Source: a bacterium
GTDB lineage: Bacteria > SM23-31
Assembly (NCBI GenBank): GCA_965249485.1
Contig: OZ252239.1
Span: forward strand, 1,728,001-1,792,000
Length of the DNA stretch: 64,000 bases
Direction: 5' to 3'
This document shows positions 33,344 through 44,214 of this stretch, piece after piece. A program made the translations under genes and the position numbers. A model generated the notes under the pieces. That model did not search any database, was not told where the DNA came from, and saw only the letters and a list, made by a program, of their open reading frames with translations. Within the stretch, counting starts at the first letter, position 1. The number at the start of each line of letters is the position of its first letter.

Positions 33344-34197
33344 TTGTCAGTTCAAGAAATTATAGCTACTGAAGTTAGACAGCAAGTTGCTATGTATTCA
33401 GAAGTTTATCAGGAATATCTCAAATTGTGTAAGCAAAAAAAGCAATCCTTGCTTTCAAAAATAGGACAACTTGATAAAACACTCTCACGATTCTCTAAAA
33501 AACCAATCGGTTCAATATCAGTTAATTACTTTGAAAGCAAACTCAAAAATTTGCAAAAAATATTTTTATTGAGCGACAACATTTATAATCATTGTCTTAC
33601 TATTTTAAAAAGTATTTTCAATTCGAGAGTTGATATGGTATATGTGTCGAAGAGAACTGTTGAAAAATTAAAAAACATAAATCAAGACCGAAATTGATCG
33701 AAATTTCACGTTATTTTAGTACTAATGGAATTGAATAGATTTTATGTGGTGCAAAAGGATAAATTAAAGTGATCGTCGCATTCGACAATTATGCTGGTAT
33801 GAGAATTGGTGAAATTATATCGATAAATCGGTCAAGAGTTGATATTGAGAACGTAAAGTAGATTTATTATTCTTCAAAAACAAATGAAATTAGAATTATC
33901 ATATTTCGTCCAAATATTAAATTGTTTTTATCAAAATACATGGAATTATTAGGCAACGATTCTTCCTGCCTTTTTTATAAAGGAAGATACAATGGATATT
34001 TAGGTTATCTTAGAAAGCAATGGTATAAATTATTTAGAGAGGCGGGCATCAAGCGTGATGGAAGGGGATTTCACGATTTGAAGAGGTCTTTTGATACACA
34101 CTGTCATGAAAATGGAAAACTCGATGCCATTATAATAAAGTTTACCGGACAGAAGTCAGTACGTATGCTAGAAACTTTTGATTATACGGGTCAATAA
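33344..34197 (+). pseudogene. Tyrosine recombinase/integrase, fragmented
   Basis: Box I AGMRIGEI (~33793), GFHDLKRSF, and TGQKSVRMLETF with the usual His and Tyr apparently replaced; several stops and frameshifts. Confidence 0.75.
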
Positions 34198-34276
34198 AAC
34201 AGTGATATTATTGAAATGCAATAAAAAAACTTCAGTCTATAATAGGTGAAAATAACGCTAACTCAAAATAAATTTA

Positions 34277-34985
34277 GGGGCTTGACGAGATAACTTTAAG
34301 CGATTATCTTGTAAGTCAATGTCCCGTAATAAGTTATCAAAATATTATAAGCGAAAAATTCTTTTCTATTTTTCTCACGAATTAACGGCCACGCAAACGG
34401 CAAATTTACTCAAGATCAGCAGCAATACGATCAACCGGTATTACCGCGTCATTCGTGAGTGTATAGCTGAATATGAAGACCGTCAGATACACGAATTTGC
34501 AGGTGAAGTAGAACTAGATGAAAGCTACTTTAGCGGTTGTCATAAGGGCAATATAGGTCGTTGTACAAAGAGCAAAATACCAGTATTTGGTATACTCAAG
34601 CGAAACGGTATTGTCTATACACAGATCGTTCCGGATGTCTCAACAAGAACACTTAAGTCCATAATAAAACAAAAAATTAATACGGGAAGTACCCTCTACT
34701 CAGATTCCTGGAAAAGCTACCATGGCTTAGTGTTCTAAGGGTTTGAACATGTACGCATCAATCATGACAAAGAGCTTGTTGATAAACACAGAAACCATAT
34801 CAACGGGATCGAAAGCTTCTGGGCATATGTCAAAAACAAACTGACAAAATTTCATGGCATTCGTCCAGAACATTTTTATCTTTTCCTAAAAGAATATGAG
34901 TCCAGATTTAATAACCGAAATCAGAATATTAACAAATTACTGCAAAAAATTATCAATATTTAAAACCTTTACATTGTCTAGACCC
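34277..34985 (+). mobile_element. IS1595-family insertion sequence
   Basis: Imperfect TIRs GGGGCTTGAC / GTCTAGACCC; flanks TAAATTTA / AAAATTTA (7/8-bp TSD). Confidence 0.78.
34319..34963 (+). pseudogene. IS1595 transposase with an internal stop
   Basis: VELDESYF, YSDSWKSY, NHINGIESFWAYVK, FLKEYESRFNNR; in-frame TAA at 34736-34738. Confidence 0.88.
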
Positions 34986-35096
34986 AAAATTTATACTTAC
35001 TATTTTGGTAAAGTTTATACTCTAATATAATAAGGAGTGCAGATAAGGACAAATTAAAACCCCTCTAACTAGTTACAGTTAAGGGTTTAGACTTTG

Positions 35097-35139
35097 TGGC
35101 GCCTCCCAGATTCGAACTGGGGACACACGGATTTTCAGT
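35097..35139 (-). tRNA. 3' half of tRNA-Phe(GAA); att-site remnant, not a full tRNA
   Basis: ACTGAAAATCCGTGTGTCCCCAGTTCGAATCTGGGAGGCGCCA gives the anticodon loop, T arm and 3' acceptor strand; there is no 5' half. Confidence 0.8.
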
Positions 35140-35258
35140 AAAGTAGCCATCAAAGTTCCTCACGTATTAACCTCAATATCTCACACTATTTTCGTTAATT
35201 TCATCGACTCTGTGTCAGGTTGTGACACGTTTTTGTCACAATACAGAATGGGTGAATT

Positions 35259-35641
35259 ATGTCTAATGAAAAGATAAATTCTCTCCTCAAAAATGCTGTT
35301 CTTGGGCTTGGATTTGACATCTCCGAATTAAACGTCCGTTATACAGAAAGTGAGTTCACAGATACTATCAAGGGATTTGTTTGTGTCGATGGTGTGGAGT
35401 TCGCTTTTGACATTGAGGACGGCAGGGTTGAAAAATTGGAGACAACATAATGTCTGATTTACCAACTATAAAATGTTCGGCTGACACTATCATTACCAGG
35501 TTCCAAGAACTCTGTGCGATGAAAAAACATCCAAAATTGGAATTCATAGGCGCACAAGAGACGCTTAGTGGCGAACCGCTTTACTTGTACAATTGTCTTT
35601 ATTGCGGAACTACGATCTGCGGCGATCCACCGGAGGAATAA
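35259..35641 (+). CDS. Two small coupled phage-like hypothetical proteins (35259-35450; 35450-35641 with CxxC)
   Basis: TAATG stop/start overlap; LYNCLYCGTT. Confidence 0.5.
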
Positions 35642-35664
35642 TTGTTCAACACAATTAAGGATTT

Positions 35665-36030
35665 ATGTCAAGCGTTCGTGGTGATTGGAAAACGACGAAG
35701 ACGTTGTATCAAGCTCTTGATGCAGATATTCGGTTCGATTTCGATCCTTGTCCAACAGATCCAGAATTTGATGGGCTTTTGATTGAGTGGGGAAAATGTA
35801 ACTATGTCAATCCTTCTTACGGTCGGGTAACTGGTGATTGAATTATAAAGGCTTTTCAGAAATTGCATAAAAGTTATACGGTTGTGTTACTTTTTCCGAG
35901 TAGGACAGACACAAAATGGTGGCATGATTACATAATGGAAGCACGTCACACTAGATCAATTAGGAGGAGATTAAGATTTGATGACAATAACAATGGGTGT
36001 GCTCCATTTCCAAGCATAAGTAATTTTTGA
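35665..36030 (+). pseudogene. Phage DNA N6-adenine methyltransferase (Dam-like), inactivated
   Basis: DWKT..LYQALD..FDFDPCP..WGKCNYVNPSYG (NPPY altered), TGA at 35839, LLFPSRTDTKWWHDY, APFPS. Not in the ORF track. Confidence 0.8.
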
Positions 36031-36109
36031 CGGAATACCATAATGCAAATAGAATACAAACCTTCATTAACGGTACGGATAGTCGTGTGGCTGTTGAAGA
36101 TTATCAGTT

Positions 36110-37128
36110 GTGAGTATAAGGAGATTTGCCATGTGGTACAATCTGACACGGAAACCACGTGTAAAGCTGACGTTCCTGCGGTCGCAGATAAGCAGGATCA
36201 CAGGAAATAAGCTTTGGTTTTACAAAGACAGACAGGGCAACCAGTACATGATGTGGAACGAAAGTTCCAGGCGGTACAATGATGACGGTTCGTACAGTAC
36301 GGTGAAAACGGAACGGTGGAGAAAGGCTGTTGCATGAAACGCATATTCTACGACGCTCTTATAATTTTTTGTGCTGTGCATGTGGTTCACGCTTTTGATG
36401 TGGCTGCATGAAATATTAAGGGGAATGTGATATGATAGATAAACTGTATTATGAATGCATCGGCAGATTTCCGCCGAATCGACCAAAAACTGTCAGGTGC
36501 AAGGAATGCGGAGCAAAACTCGGTGAAGCTGATTTTGCGTATAGTAACCGGGCAACCTGCAGAAGGTGTGTCACTATTGTTAAAGCGAATGGACTCAAAA
36601 ATGAGGTTGCGGCATGAACAGGGAATATGAGGTGTGCCGAATTGCGGTTGAATGGCAGAATAATAGTTTCGGTGAATTTGATAAAACGATTATGAGGGCT
36701 ATTCAACACGCAGACAGCAGCAATATTACAAAGTTGTTTCGGGTGTATCCGTACCACGTTGAGGCGTTTCTGCGGTATCACAATTTGCACGATAATCCGC
36801 TCGGTGTTGCGTTCAGGGACAATCCAAGATGGTACAAGGAGACGGAGGAGGCGTTTTGGCATGATGTTGATATTAAGGAGGAGATGGCTGTCAATGGTTA
36901 TTGGGATGAGGAGGAATGATGCTAAAATATTACGTTTTTGAGGTTTCTGACAATAAGGAGATGTGGGAGGAACGGGTGGATGCTATAAGTAAATGGGATG
37001 CCATGGAAAAGATTGGCCTGCGGCTGTACCGGCAGAATGTCAGTGTGTTGACTATGAAGTTATTGTATTGTTCAAAAATAGAAAGGGAGCCCGATGTCAG
37101 AGACGCAAGCTGTGAACAGTCTGCTTAA
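36110..37128 (+). CDS. Run of small overlapping phage early hypothetical genes (36110-36337, 36432-36617 Zn finger, 36614-36919, 36916-37128)
   Basis: ATGA overlaps, C-termini KAVA/EVAA typical of phage early genes, CKEC..CRRC. Confidence 0.55.
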
Positions 37129-37933
37129 AAAGCTCCACACTATTATGGCGGAAGTTGATTTTATCAATACGGATACAAAGCATTCGTTGCACGGGTACGG
37201 ATATGCATCGGAGGAGTCCATTAAGAAGAGGTTACGCGGTAAGTTCGTTGAACATGGTGTGTTGTTCCAGCTGAACGCGTTCGGTATCGAAACGGAACGC
37301 AGGACGGATGAAAAGGGTACGGAGAATATAATCACTCATGTTGATTTCGGGTACAAGTTCATCGATGTTGCTACGGGTGAAACTCTTGAAGGCCAGTTTG
37401 TCGGATCGGGTGAGGATGCAGGTGAAAAGGGTGTGTATCAAGCCGTTACCAGCGCTATCAAGTATATACTGACATCGACGTTCCTGATACCGACGGGTGA
37501 CGATCCTGAAAGCGATGGTGACAACGGCACGACAACAGAAAGTCCAACTACCGAACAACGGGAGGGCAACGGCGTAAACGCGATACGATGTGATAAGTGT
37601 GGAAATGATATGATTGTCAAAAAACAAATGAGTACGGGGCACGAATATTATGGCTGCACCAATTACCCGGATTGCAAAAACACAAAGCCGATTAAGAAAG
37701 CATCTGACGACGGTAATGAATCGGTTTCACAGTTTGATACAGGTCTCGCGGAGGAGGTGTCACGGTTTTTTGATGAATTGGGTTTGACGGTTATTGAGAT
37801 TGCCGCTGAGCTTAAGCCGTTTGACATTGCTTCGGTATCTGATTTGCCGAAACTTTCCGATGTGCAACTGGAAAAACTTAAAAACAGATTGAGCGGTGAG
37901 CTCGATCAACACCTTACTATCACTGAAAGCTGA
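37094..37933 (+). CDS. ERF family single-strand annealing protein with a topoisomerase-type C4 zinc ribbon
   Basis: YGYASEESI, GEDAGEKGVYQAVTSAIKYIL..FLIPTGDDPE; CDKCG..YGCTNYPDC. Confidence 0.82.
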   Translation: MSETQAVNSLLKKLHTIMAEVDFINTDTKHSLHGYGYASEESIKKRLRGKFVEHGVLFQLNAFGIETERRTDEKGTENIITHVDFGYKFIDVATGETLEGQFVGSGEDAGEKGVYQAVTSAIKYILTSTFLIPTGDDPESDGDNGTTTESPTTEQREGNGVNAIRCDKCGNDMIVKKQMSTGHEYYGCTNYPDCKNTKPIKKASDDGNESVSQFDTGLAEEVSRFFDELGLTVIEIAAELKPFDIASVSDLPKLSDVQLEKLKNRLSGELDQHLTITES

Positions 37934-37935
37934 TA

Positions 37936-38184
37936 ATGCGATATCCGGTCATCATACCAAGACAAGCGGTGCATGTATATTCACTCGGGAAGATCAAGCA
38001 CTCGCAGGAGCTTGAAAAACTCCGCATCATGGGCGGCCGTGACGATGAGTTGAGTCCGAAAGAGTTGTTGTGCAGACGGATTACGGACCGGGTGAAACAT
38101 AATGTGGCGATGAATAAGCGGTATAAATGGTTCTGGCAGCTGATGAAGGTTGATGTGGAATTCTTGAAGTGTTTGATTGAATAG
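37936..38184 (+). CDS. Phage hypothetical protein
   Basis: Immediately follows ERF on the same strand. Confidence 0.45.
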   Translation: MRYPVIIPRQAVHVYSLGKIKHSQELEKLRIMGGRDDELSPKELLCRRITDRVKHNVAMNKRYKWFWQLMKVDVEFLKCLIE

Positions 38185-38498
38185 CCGGAGCGGTGAGCGG
38201 GCAGTATTCGCAGATTCGTGGTGGTATGAATCTCCTGATAACCACACACTGCCATAGTGAGTAAAAGGGCGAGATGGTTCGAATTCTGTCTCCGATGCGG
38301 AAGAGGGGTAGAGGAAGTGTGAATTGCCGTGAGTTGTTCCATGCAACAGTAAACATGTACCATATGGAATTGCATATTCCGGATATAACGGAAATCGGCG
38401 CTGGGTGTTGCCCCCTCTTTCCCTGGTATACATGGAAAATTATGAACAGTCAATCTATTTACAAACAGCAACATAAAACTCTTAATGGCGAGTTACGA

Positions 38499-39242
38499 AT
38501 GGTCAAGAGCAACGGTTTTATTGCACTTTACAGACAGATCAGAGAACACTGGATATGGGAAAAAGACAAGCCATTTTCAAAGGTTGAAGCATGGATTGAT
38601 TTGATTCTTGAAGCGGGTTATAAAGATCAACGGCGTGAGTATAAAGGGAATTTTTATGAGGTCAGGAGGGGTCAATTGTTGTACAGCTTGCGGTATCTGG
38701 CAAACCGTTGGAACTGGAGTAAGAATAAGGTTGACAGGTTTTTGTCGCTGTTGGAGTGTGATGCAATGATTGAACACAGACCGGGACACCATTTGGGATA
38801 CCTAACTATATGTAATTACAATAGATATAACCCTTCTTGGGACAGTAAAGGGGACACAAACGGGACGCATAAGGGACAGACACGGGACAAATATAACAAG
38901 AGAAACAATGGTAACATTTTAAACAATAATAAAGATATAAAAGGTTGTGTCGTTGAGGTTCTTGAATCGAGCCGTTTTTTCAATGGTATTGTATCACACA
39001 AAAATTTTGATGAGTGGCTTGATAATATTATTGATGAGTATCATGACATAGATATATGCGGCGAAATCAGGAAGGCGCATATCTATCTCATTAGTTCGGG
39101 GAAGCGATACAAAAAATATCAGCTGTTTCTCAGCAATTGGTTTAAGAATAGACAAAAGTTCGATCAAACGGATAACCGGAAACCGGAAAAAAAGGATGTG
39201 AGCAATGACTACCCAATTGATCTCATTGAAACGGGGACATAA
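38499..39242 (+). CDS. Phage replisome organizer / replication initiator
   Basis: GFIALYRQIREHWIW, AWIDLIL, RGQLLYSLRYLANRWNWS, TICNYNRY. ATG at 38499 preferred over 38274. Confidence 0.82.
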   Translation: MVKSNGFIALYRQIREHWIWEKDKPFSKVEAWIDLILEAGYKDQRREYKGNFYEVRRGQLLYSLRYLANRWNWSKNKVDRFLSLLECDAMIEHRPGHHLGYLTICNYNRYNPSWDSKGDTNGTHKGQTRDKYNKRNNGNILNNNKDIKGCVVEVLESSRFFNGIVSHKNFDEWLDNIIDEYHDIDICGEIRKAHIYLISSGKRYKKYQLFLSNWFKNRQKFDQTDNRKPEKKDVSNDYPIDLIETGT

Positions 39243-39921
39243 ATCAGATCGGTTGTGTCCTTATTGTGACAAGGAACTGGTGTATGCAGTGACGCAAAAG
39301 GGGGTGGAGACTGAGGTTTGTTTTGATCCTGCCTGCATGGAGAAGGTGTATAGAGCGTTCATGCAGCGGCGTTCGGAAACGGTTCTGTACCGTCAGGGTG
39401 TCTTCGGAGATTATGTGAGGTGTACGTTTGAGAATTTTGAACATGGGACGTCGATTTGTGATGCATGCAGAGATTTTGCTGCGGATCCCCGATACGGATT
39501 AGTGTTGATCGGGGATACCGGCACGGGGAAAACGCATCTTGCGGCTGCAGTTACCCGGGCGATCGCTCAAAAAGGGGTCAGGAGGTTTTATTTTCGATCC
39601 ACTCTGGACATCATCCGGGAAATCAAGGATTCCTACAATGAAGATTCGCGATTTACGGAACTTGAATTAACAAAAAAATATTCCAATGCAGATTTCCTTG
39701 TGATTGATGATCTTGGAAGTGAGAAACATACAGAATGGAGTGCACAGACACTTTACTCATTGATAGAGGATAGAATAAAGGAGGCAAAGCCTACGGTGAT
39801 CACGACAAATTTAAGCCTGGGCACAATCGCGGATCAGATCAGCAAGAGGGTTGCAAGCAGACTTGCCAGGTACACCGTTATAAAAATCACTATGCCGGAT
39901 TACAGAATGAGGAGAGCATGA
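39205..39921 (+). CDS. DnaC/IstB-like AAA+ helicase loader
   Basis: CTFENF, GDTGTGKTHLA, LVIDDLG, PTVITTN, RVASRL, DYR. Confidence 0.9.
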   Translation: MTTQLISLKRGHKSDRLCPYCDKELVYAVTQKGVETEVCFDPACMEKVYRAFMQRRSETVLYRQGVFGDYVRCTFENFEHGTSICDACRDFAADPRYGLVLIGDTGTGKTHLAAAVTRAIAQKGVRRFYFRSTLDIIREIKDSYNEDSRFTELELTKKYSNADFLVIDDLGSEKHTEWSAQTLYSLIEDRIKEAKPTVITTNLSLGTIADQISKRVASRLARYTVIKITMPDYRMRRA

Positions 39922-40161
39922 TTAATTGTGAACACAGCATGATTGAGGTTATCGGGATTCATAAAGACCACGATGACGAAACAACACCGTTGTACCTATG
40001 TCTTTGATAGAGGTCGATGCCATCGAGAGGTACAGGAAGAATGACGGATTATGGACGTTAGCGATATAAGAAAATACACGGCACGGCAGCGTGTGCTGGG
40101 AGTGTCCGGATGATCCAGATGTAATGCCGGGCGGTGGTGCTGATGATCTTCAGTACAGTAC

Positions 40162-40521
40162 TCAATGGGCATTTAGGATGTTCTCGACAAAAAGATATAA
40201 GAACAGTATGGAAATCAAGATGACTCCACTACAAAAAACGGTTGTGTTGAACAGTTTTCCTTTCAGGTTCAATTCACCTATAATCTGTAACTCGTTCATA
40301 TTCATCTTTACAGTAAATAGCGGTATGAAATTCAAAAGTATCGCTGCGACAGGACCGCCCATAATAAGAAGCGGATGGCTGACCCGATATATAAAATCAT
40401 TCGTTTCAATCCAGCCCAATTCGTATTGCAATATTCCTATGGCGACAAAAATGATGGTTGGAGAGATTAAGAGTAACCCTGCGATAGCAAGTATTTTTTT
40501 TATTGAGTATAGCGTGTTCAT
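40162..40521 (-). CDS. Hypothetical membrane protein
   Basis: Three hydrophobic segments; AGGA RBS. Confidence 0.6.
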   Translation of the reverse strand: MNTLYSIKKILAIAGLLLISPTIIFVAIGILQYELGWIETNDFIYRVSHPLLIMGGPVAAILLNFIPLFTVKMNMNELQIIGELNLKGKLFNTTVFCSGVILISILFLYLFVENILNAH

Positions 40522-40752
40522 TCATTGTAGTTTCCTTTGATTTTACAACGCTGATACTTAATGATTTAATTTTTCTTATTCAATACAAATTTCATTTTTT
40601 GTCACCTGCATTATTATACGTGTGAACAGCTCAGTTGATTTAAGGTTTTTATCAAAAGTATCAATATGATACTCTCAAAAGCACAAACAATATAATCTAC
40701 ATTAATGGATTGAATATTATTTAGTTAATAATTAAGGAGAAACAGGGCGAGC

Positions 40753-41034
40753 ATGCACTACCAAAAGGGAGCGGATTATCTGGGATTTTTGGAGGACCTA
40801 CAACTACGGGGGCTTGTGGAGATGGCAGATGAAGCGGTGAAGTCAAAGGAGGAATATGATCTTTTTATCAAGAACTTAGCGATGTTTTGTAAGAAACGGC
40901 GGCGAAGTCATGTATTGAAACGGTATGAACGTTTGAAGAGGAACAAGTAGTACGATGAAGCTATTGCGTGTGTGGCCGACGAGGCAGGGTGGAGCAGTGG
41001 AACGATACGGCATGTGCTGGGGCGGAATCGGTGA
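40753..41034 (+). pseudogene. Small HTH protein (possible phage late/Mor-like regulator), copy 1
   Basis: AAGGAG RBS; TAG at 40948 where copy 2 has TAT; C-terminus EAIACVADEAGWSSGTIRHVLGRNR*. Confidence 0.55.
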
Positions 41035-41083
41035 GTTCGGTGAGATAAGGTATGTGTTTTATGACAGATAATAGGAAAAATTC

Positions 41084-42781
41084 CTACTTTTTTCCTGCCT
41101 GGTCTATTTTCGCCCAGGAGTCGCGTAGGGAAACGGTACGGTTGAAGATCAGTTTTTCAGGACGTGATTCGGTATCGACACAGAAGTACCCTTTCCGAAG
41201 GAATTGATATCTCGCCCCCGGTACTGCATCCGCTAAACTTGGTTCTACCCTGCAGTGTGTCAGGACTTCGAGAGAATTGGGATTGATGTGTGTTTTAAAA
41301 TCGACCTCTTTGTCTTCTTCGGGATTTTCTTTTTCGAATAGTCTGTCATATAACCGGATTTCAGCATTGAGCGAATGTGCCGCTGATACCCAGTGGAGCG
41401 TGCCTTTTACTCTCCGTCCGTCAGATGACCACCCGCCGCGTGTTTCGGGGTCATAGGTACAGCGGAGTTCGGTGATTTCACCTGTCTTTTCATCTTTTAT
41501 TACGTCAGTGCAGGTGACATAGTAGGCATTTTTGAGACGGACTTCCCGTCCCGGACCTAACCGAAAAAACTTCTTCGGCAGGTCTTCGCGAAAATCCTCA
41601 TGTTCAATATAGATTTCCCGTGAAAAGGGTATTTTACGTGTACCCATGCTTTCATCTTCGGGATTGTTTTCTCCTTCAAATTCTTCAACCTGACCTTCGG
41701 GGTAGTTTTCAATGACGACTTTCAGCGGGTCCAATACTGCCATCACACGCGGTGCCCGTATATTCATGTCTTCCCGAATACAGTACTCAAGGAGTGCAAT
41801 ATCAACGGTGCTGTTTGCTTTTGCAACACCAATACGGTCACAAAATTCGCGGATCGATTCCGGTGTATAGCCCCTCCGGCGCAAACCGCTGATCGTCGGC
41901 ATCCGGGGGTCGTCCCATCCGTTGACAATCTCCTGTTCGACAAGTTCAAGCAGTTTTCTTTTACTCAAAACCGAATAGGTAAGGTTCAGTCGGGCAAATT
42001 CGATCTGTTTCGGACGGTTTGCAGTTTGTAATTCATCGAGTATCCAGTCATAGATGGCTCGATTATTTTCAAACTCAAGGGTGCATAACGAGTGCGTTAC
42101 TCCTTCGATCGAGTCGGAAAGACAGTGTGTAAAGTCATACAGCGGATAGATACACCATGTACCGCCCGTACGGTGATGATCATGATATACTATGCGGTAC
42201 AACACCGGATCACGCATTACCAAATTAGGATGCACCATATCGATTTTTGCGCGGAGGACTTTTGATCCCGCTTCAAATGCACCATTGCGCATTTTTTCAA
42301 ATAGTTCGAGGTTCTCTTCGATCGTGCGATCCCGATACGGACTTTCTTTACCCGGTGTGGTTAATGTTCCCCGGTATTCCCTGATTTCATCTGCATTCAG
42401 ATCACAGACGAACGCTTTGCCGTCTTTGATAAGCTGTACGGCATAGTCGTATAATTTTTCAAAATAGTCGGATGCGAAGAATAAGCGGTCTTCCCAATCG
42501 AATCCTAACCAACGAACATCGGTTTGTATCGATTCGACATATTCATCGCTTTCTTTTTCGGGATTCGTGTCATCAAACCGGAGATTACATGTCCCGCCCT
42601 GAAACTCCGATGCGACACCAAAGTTAAGACATATGGATTTCGCATGACCAATATGTAAATATCCATTGGGTTCCGGAGGAAAACGGGTTGCTAACCGGCC
42701 GTCATTTATATTGTTTGCGAGGTCTTCGGTTATCCTTGCGCGGATAAAATCAATTGTCACTGCTGGTTCTGCTTTCGGCAT
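41084..42781 (-). CDS. glnS: Glutamine--tRNA ligase
   Basis: [65 protein letters not shown]. Confidence 0.97.
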   Translation of the reverse strand: MPKAEPAVTIDFIRARITEDLANNINDGRLATRFPPEPNGYLHIGHAKSICLNFGVASEFQGGTCNLRFDDTNPEKESDEYVESIQTDVRWLGFDWEDRLFFASDYFEKLYDYAVQLIKDGKAFVCDLNADEIREYRGTLTTPGKESPYRDRTIEENLELFEKMRNGAFEAGSKVLRAKIDMVHPNLVMRDPVLYRIVYHDHHRTGGTWCIYPLYDFTHCLSDSIEGVTHSLCTLEFENNRAIYDWILDELQTANRPKQIEFARLNLTYSVLSKRKLLELVEQEIVNGWDDPRMPTISGLRRRGYTPESIREFCDRIGVAKANSTVDIALLEYCIREDMNIRAPRVMAVLDPLKVVIENYPEGQVEEFEGENNPEDESMGTRKIPFSREIYIEHEDFREDLPKKFFRLGPGREVRLKNAYYVTCTDVIKDEKTGEITELRCTYDPETRGGWSSDGRRVKGTLHWVSAAHSLNAEIRLYDRLFEKENPEEDKEVDFKTHINPNSLEVLTHCRVEPSLADAVPGARYQFLRKGYFCVDTESRPEKLIFNRTVSLRDSWAKIDQAGKK

Positions 42782-42995
42782 ATACTTTTAGTCCTTCATC
42801 CTGCCACATGTATAGCAAGTGTATGAGCTTTCATTTTGTGCAGCACAATATACCATTTTACATTATTAAAAGCACATTGTTTTTACAGCCAATTCTCTGT
42901 GAGAATAGAGGATTGTACCATGCACGGCACTGATGGAGATCCCGGAAGTTTAACGGATGAGAGGTTGACCGGCAGCAAGGGATAGGTGTGGTAAA

Positions 42996-43205
42996 GCTGA
43001 TGAGGCGGTGAGGTCGAAGGAGGAATATGACCGGTTTATTAAGAGTTTAGCGATGTTTTGTAAAAAGCGGCAGCGCAGTTATCTGTTGAGACGGTATGAG
43101 TTTTTGAAGAGGAACAAGTATTACGATGAAGCCATTGCGTGTGTCGCTGACGAGACAAGGTGGAGCAGTGGATCGGTACGGCATGTTCTGGGGAGGAACC
43201 GGCGA
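42996..43205 (+). repeat. 5'-truncated copy 2 of the HTH gene
   Basis: ADEAVRSKEEYDRFIKSLAMFCKKR...RHVLGRNR; the stop codon is changed to CGA. Confidence 0.85.
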
Positions 43206-43337
43206 GATTGTTGTGTAATTGGATGTGGTTACTATTTCTTGATATGATAAAATATATATAGTTGACTCCTCTGGCTGAAGAATTTACAAACAATACTATT
43301 AGAAATTCTCACTCAATAGTTATCGAATCGTTTATTG

Positions 43338-43901
43338 TTACTTTAATTTTTCGGATAATAAAAGATTATCTAATTCAGTCTTAAATGTAATTTGACATTT
43401 TGGGCAGATTCCGTGAGTAATGACATATTGTTCAGGTATATATTCAAAAATTGTATCTAAAGCCTTCCAAGCGCTTTTACCTTGGGGAAACTGAAAATCC
43501 TTGCACCAGGAACACATTACTACCGCTTGCCCGGCATTTGAATTATAATCAACGGTAGTAAAATTAGTTGATGGTACTTCTTTTATAATTGTTGAACGGT
43601 ATAAGACCTTATCACGATCTGCTTCCAGCTCCATCTTCATATATCTGTTGACTTGAGGGCTATCACACCGATAGTTGAAAGAGATTTGCCTGCCTGAATT
43701 ATTCATTACAATATCGTGCATAGTTTCATATATGTGTTTTACCCTATTTCCCTGGATATACTTGAACAGGTTCTTCCCAATGATATTTTCTATATTGAGT
43801 GATTCACCTTCATTAGATTGAGCAAATTCATACCATGAATCGCCGATTTCGATTATTACACCTTCTGCATTCGTGCTATAACTTACAATATTATTATCCA
43901 T
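43338..43901 (-). CDS. PAS-like domain protein with C-terminal CxxC...HGICPxC motif
   Basis: WYEFAQSN, IGKNLF, FNYRCDSP, MCSWCK, THGICPKC. Confidence 0.7.
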   Translation of the reverse strand: MDNNIVSYSTNAEGVIIEIGDSWYEFAQSNEGESLNIENIIGKNLFKYIQGNRVKHIYETMHDIVMNNSGRQISFNYRCDSPQVNRYMKMELEADRDKVLYRSTIIKEVPSTNFTTVDYNSNAGQAVVMCSWCKDFQFPQGKSAWKALDTIFEYIPEQYVITHGICPKCQITFKTELDNLLLSEKLK

Positions 43902-44081
43902 ATTCTTTGCCTAATTATGTAAAATCACGATTAGGAGCCACGTTAGTTACCATCATTAGCAGCGTTTACTATGATAACCTCCTTGCTATTAATGAGGATA
44001 AGAATTATGTAAAACTAAAAAATGAATTAACCAAGCATTTTTTTTGATAACTTTTCCAGTGTTGTTGATTTCTATAGAAGC

Positions 44082-44214
44082 GCGAAGTCATGTTTTGAAA
44101 CGGCATGAATGTATGAAGAAGAACAGGTATTATGATGAGGCGATTGCGTGTGTTGCTGACGAGGCAGGGTGGAGTGCCGGAACGGTACGGCATATGCTGG
44201 GGAGGAATCGGTAA
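44082..44214 (+). repeat. Further 5'-truncated copy 3 of the HTH gene
   Basis: gcgaagtcatgttttgaaacgg...gggaggaatcggtaa; same 3' end as copies 1 and 2. Confidence 0.85.

Larger units (their letters stand above)
29416..41034. mobile_element. Decayed prophage/integrative element region(s)
   Basis: cI-cro, integrase remnant, att, Dam, ERF, replisome organizer, DnaC and an HTH gene. Boundaries are approximate; terS lies at 62951. Confidence 0.75.

Noticed and set aside
33344..34197. Integron integrase serving the attC/attI-like sites
   Set aside because: No IntI-specific insertion is visible between the boxes, the context is phage/tRNA-att, and the gene is fragmented.
35097..35139. Functional tRNA-Phe gene
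   Set aside because: The D arm and 5' acceptor strand are absent.
38274..38498. N-terminal extension of the replisome organizer
   Set aside because: The family motif begins at MVKSNGFIAL (38499) and the upstream translation looks non-coding.
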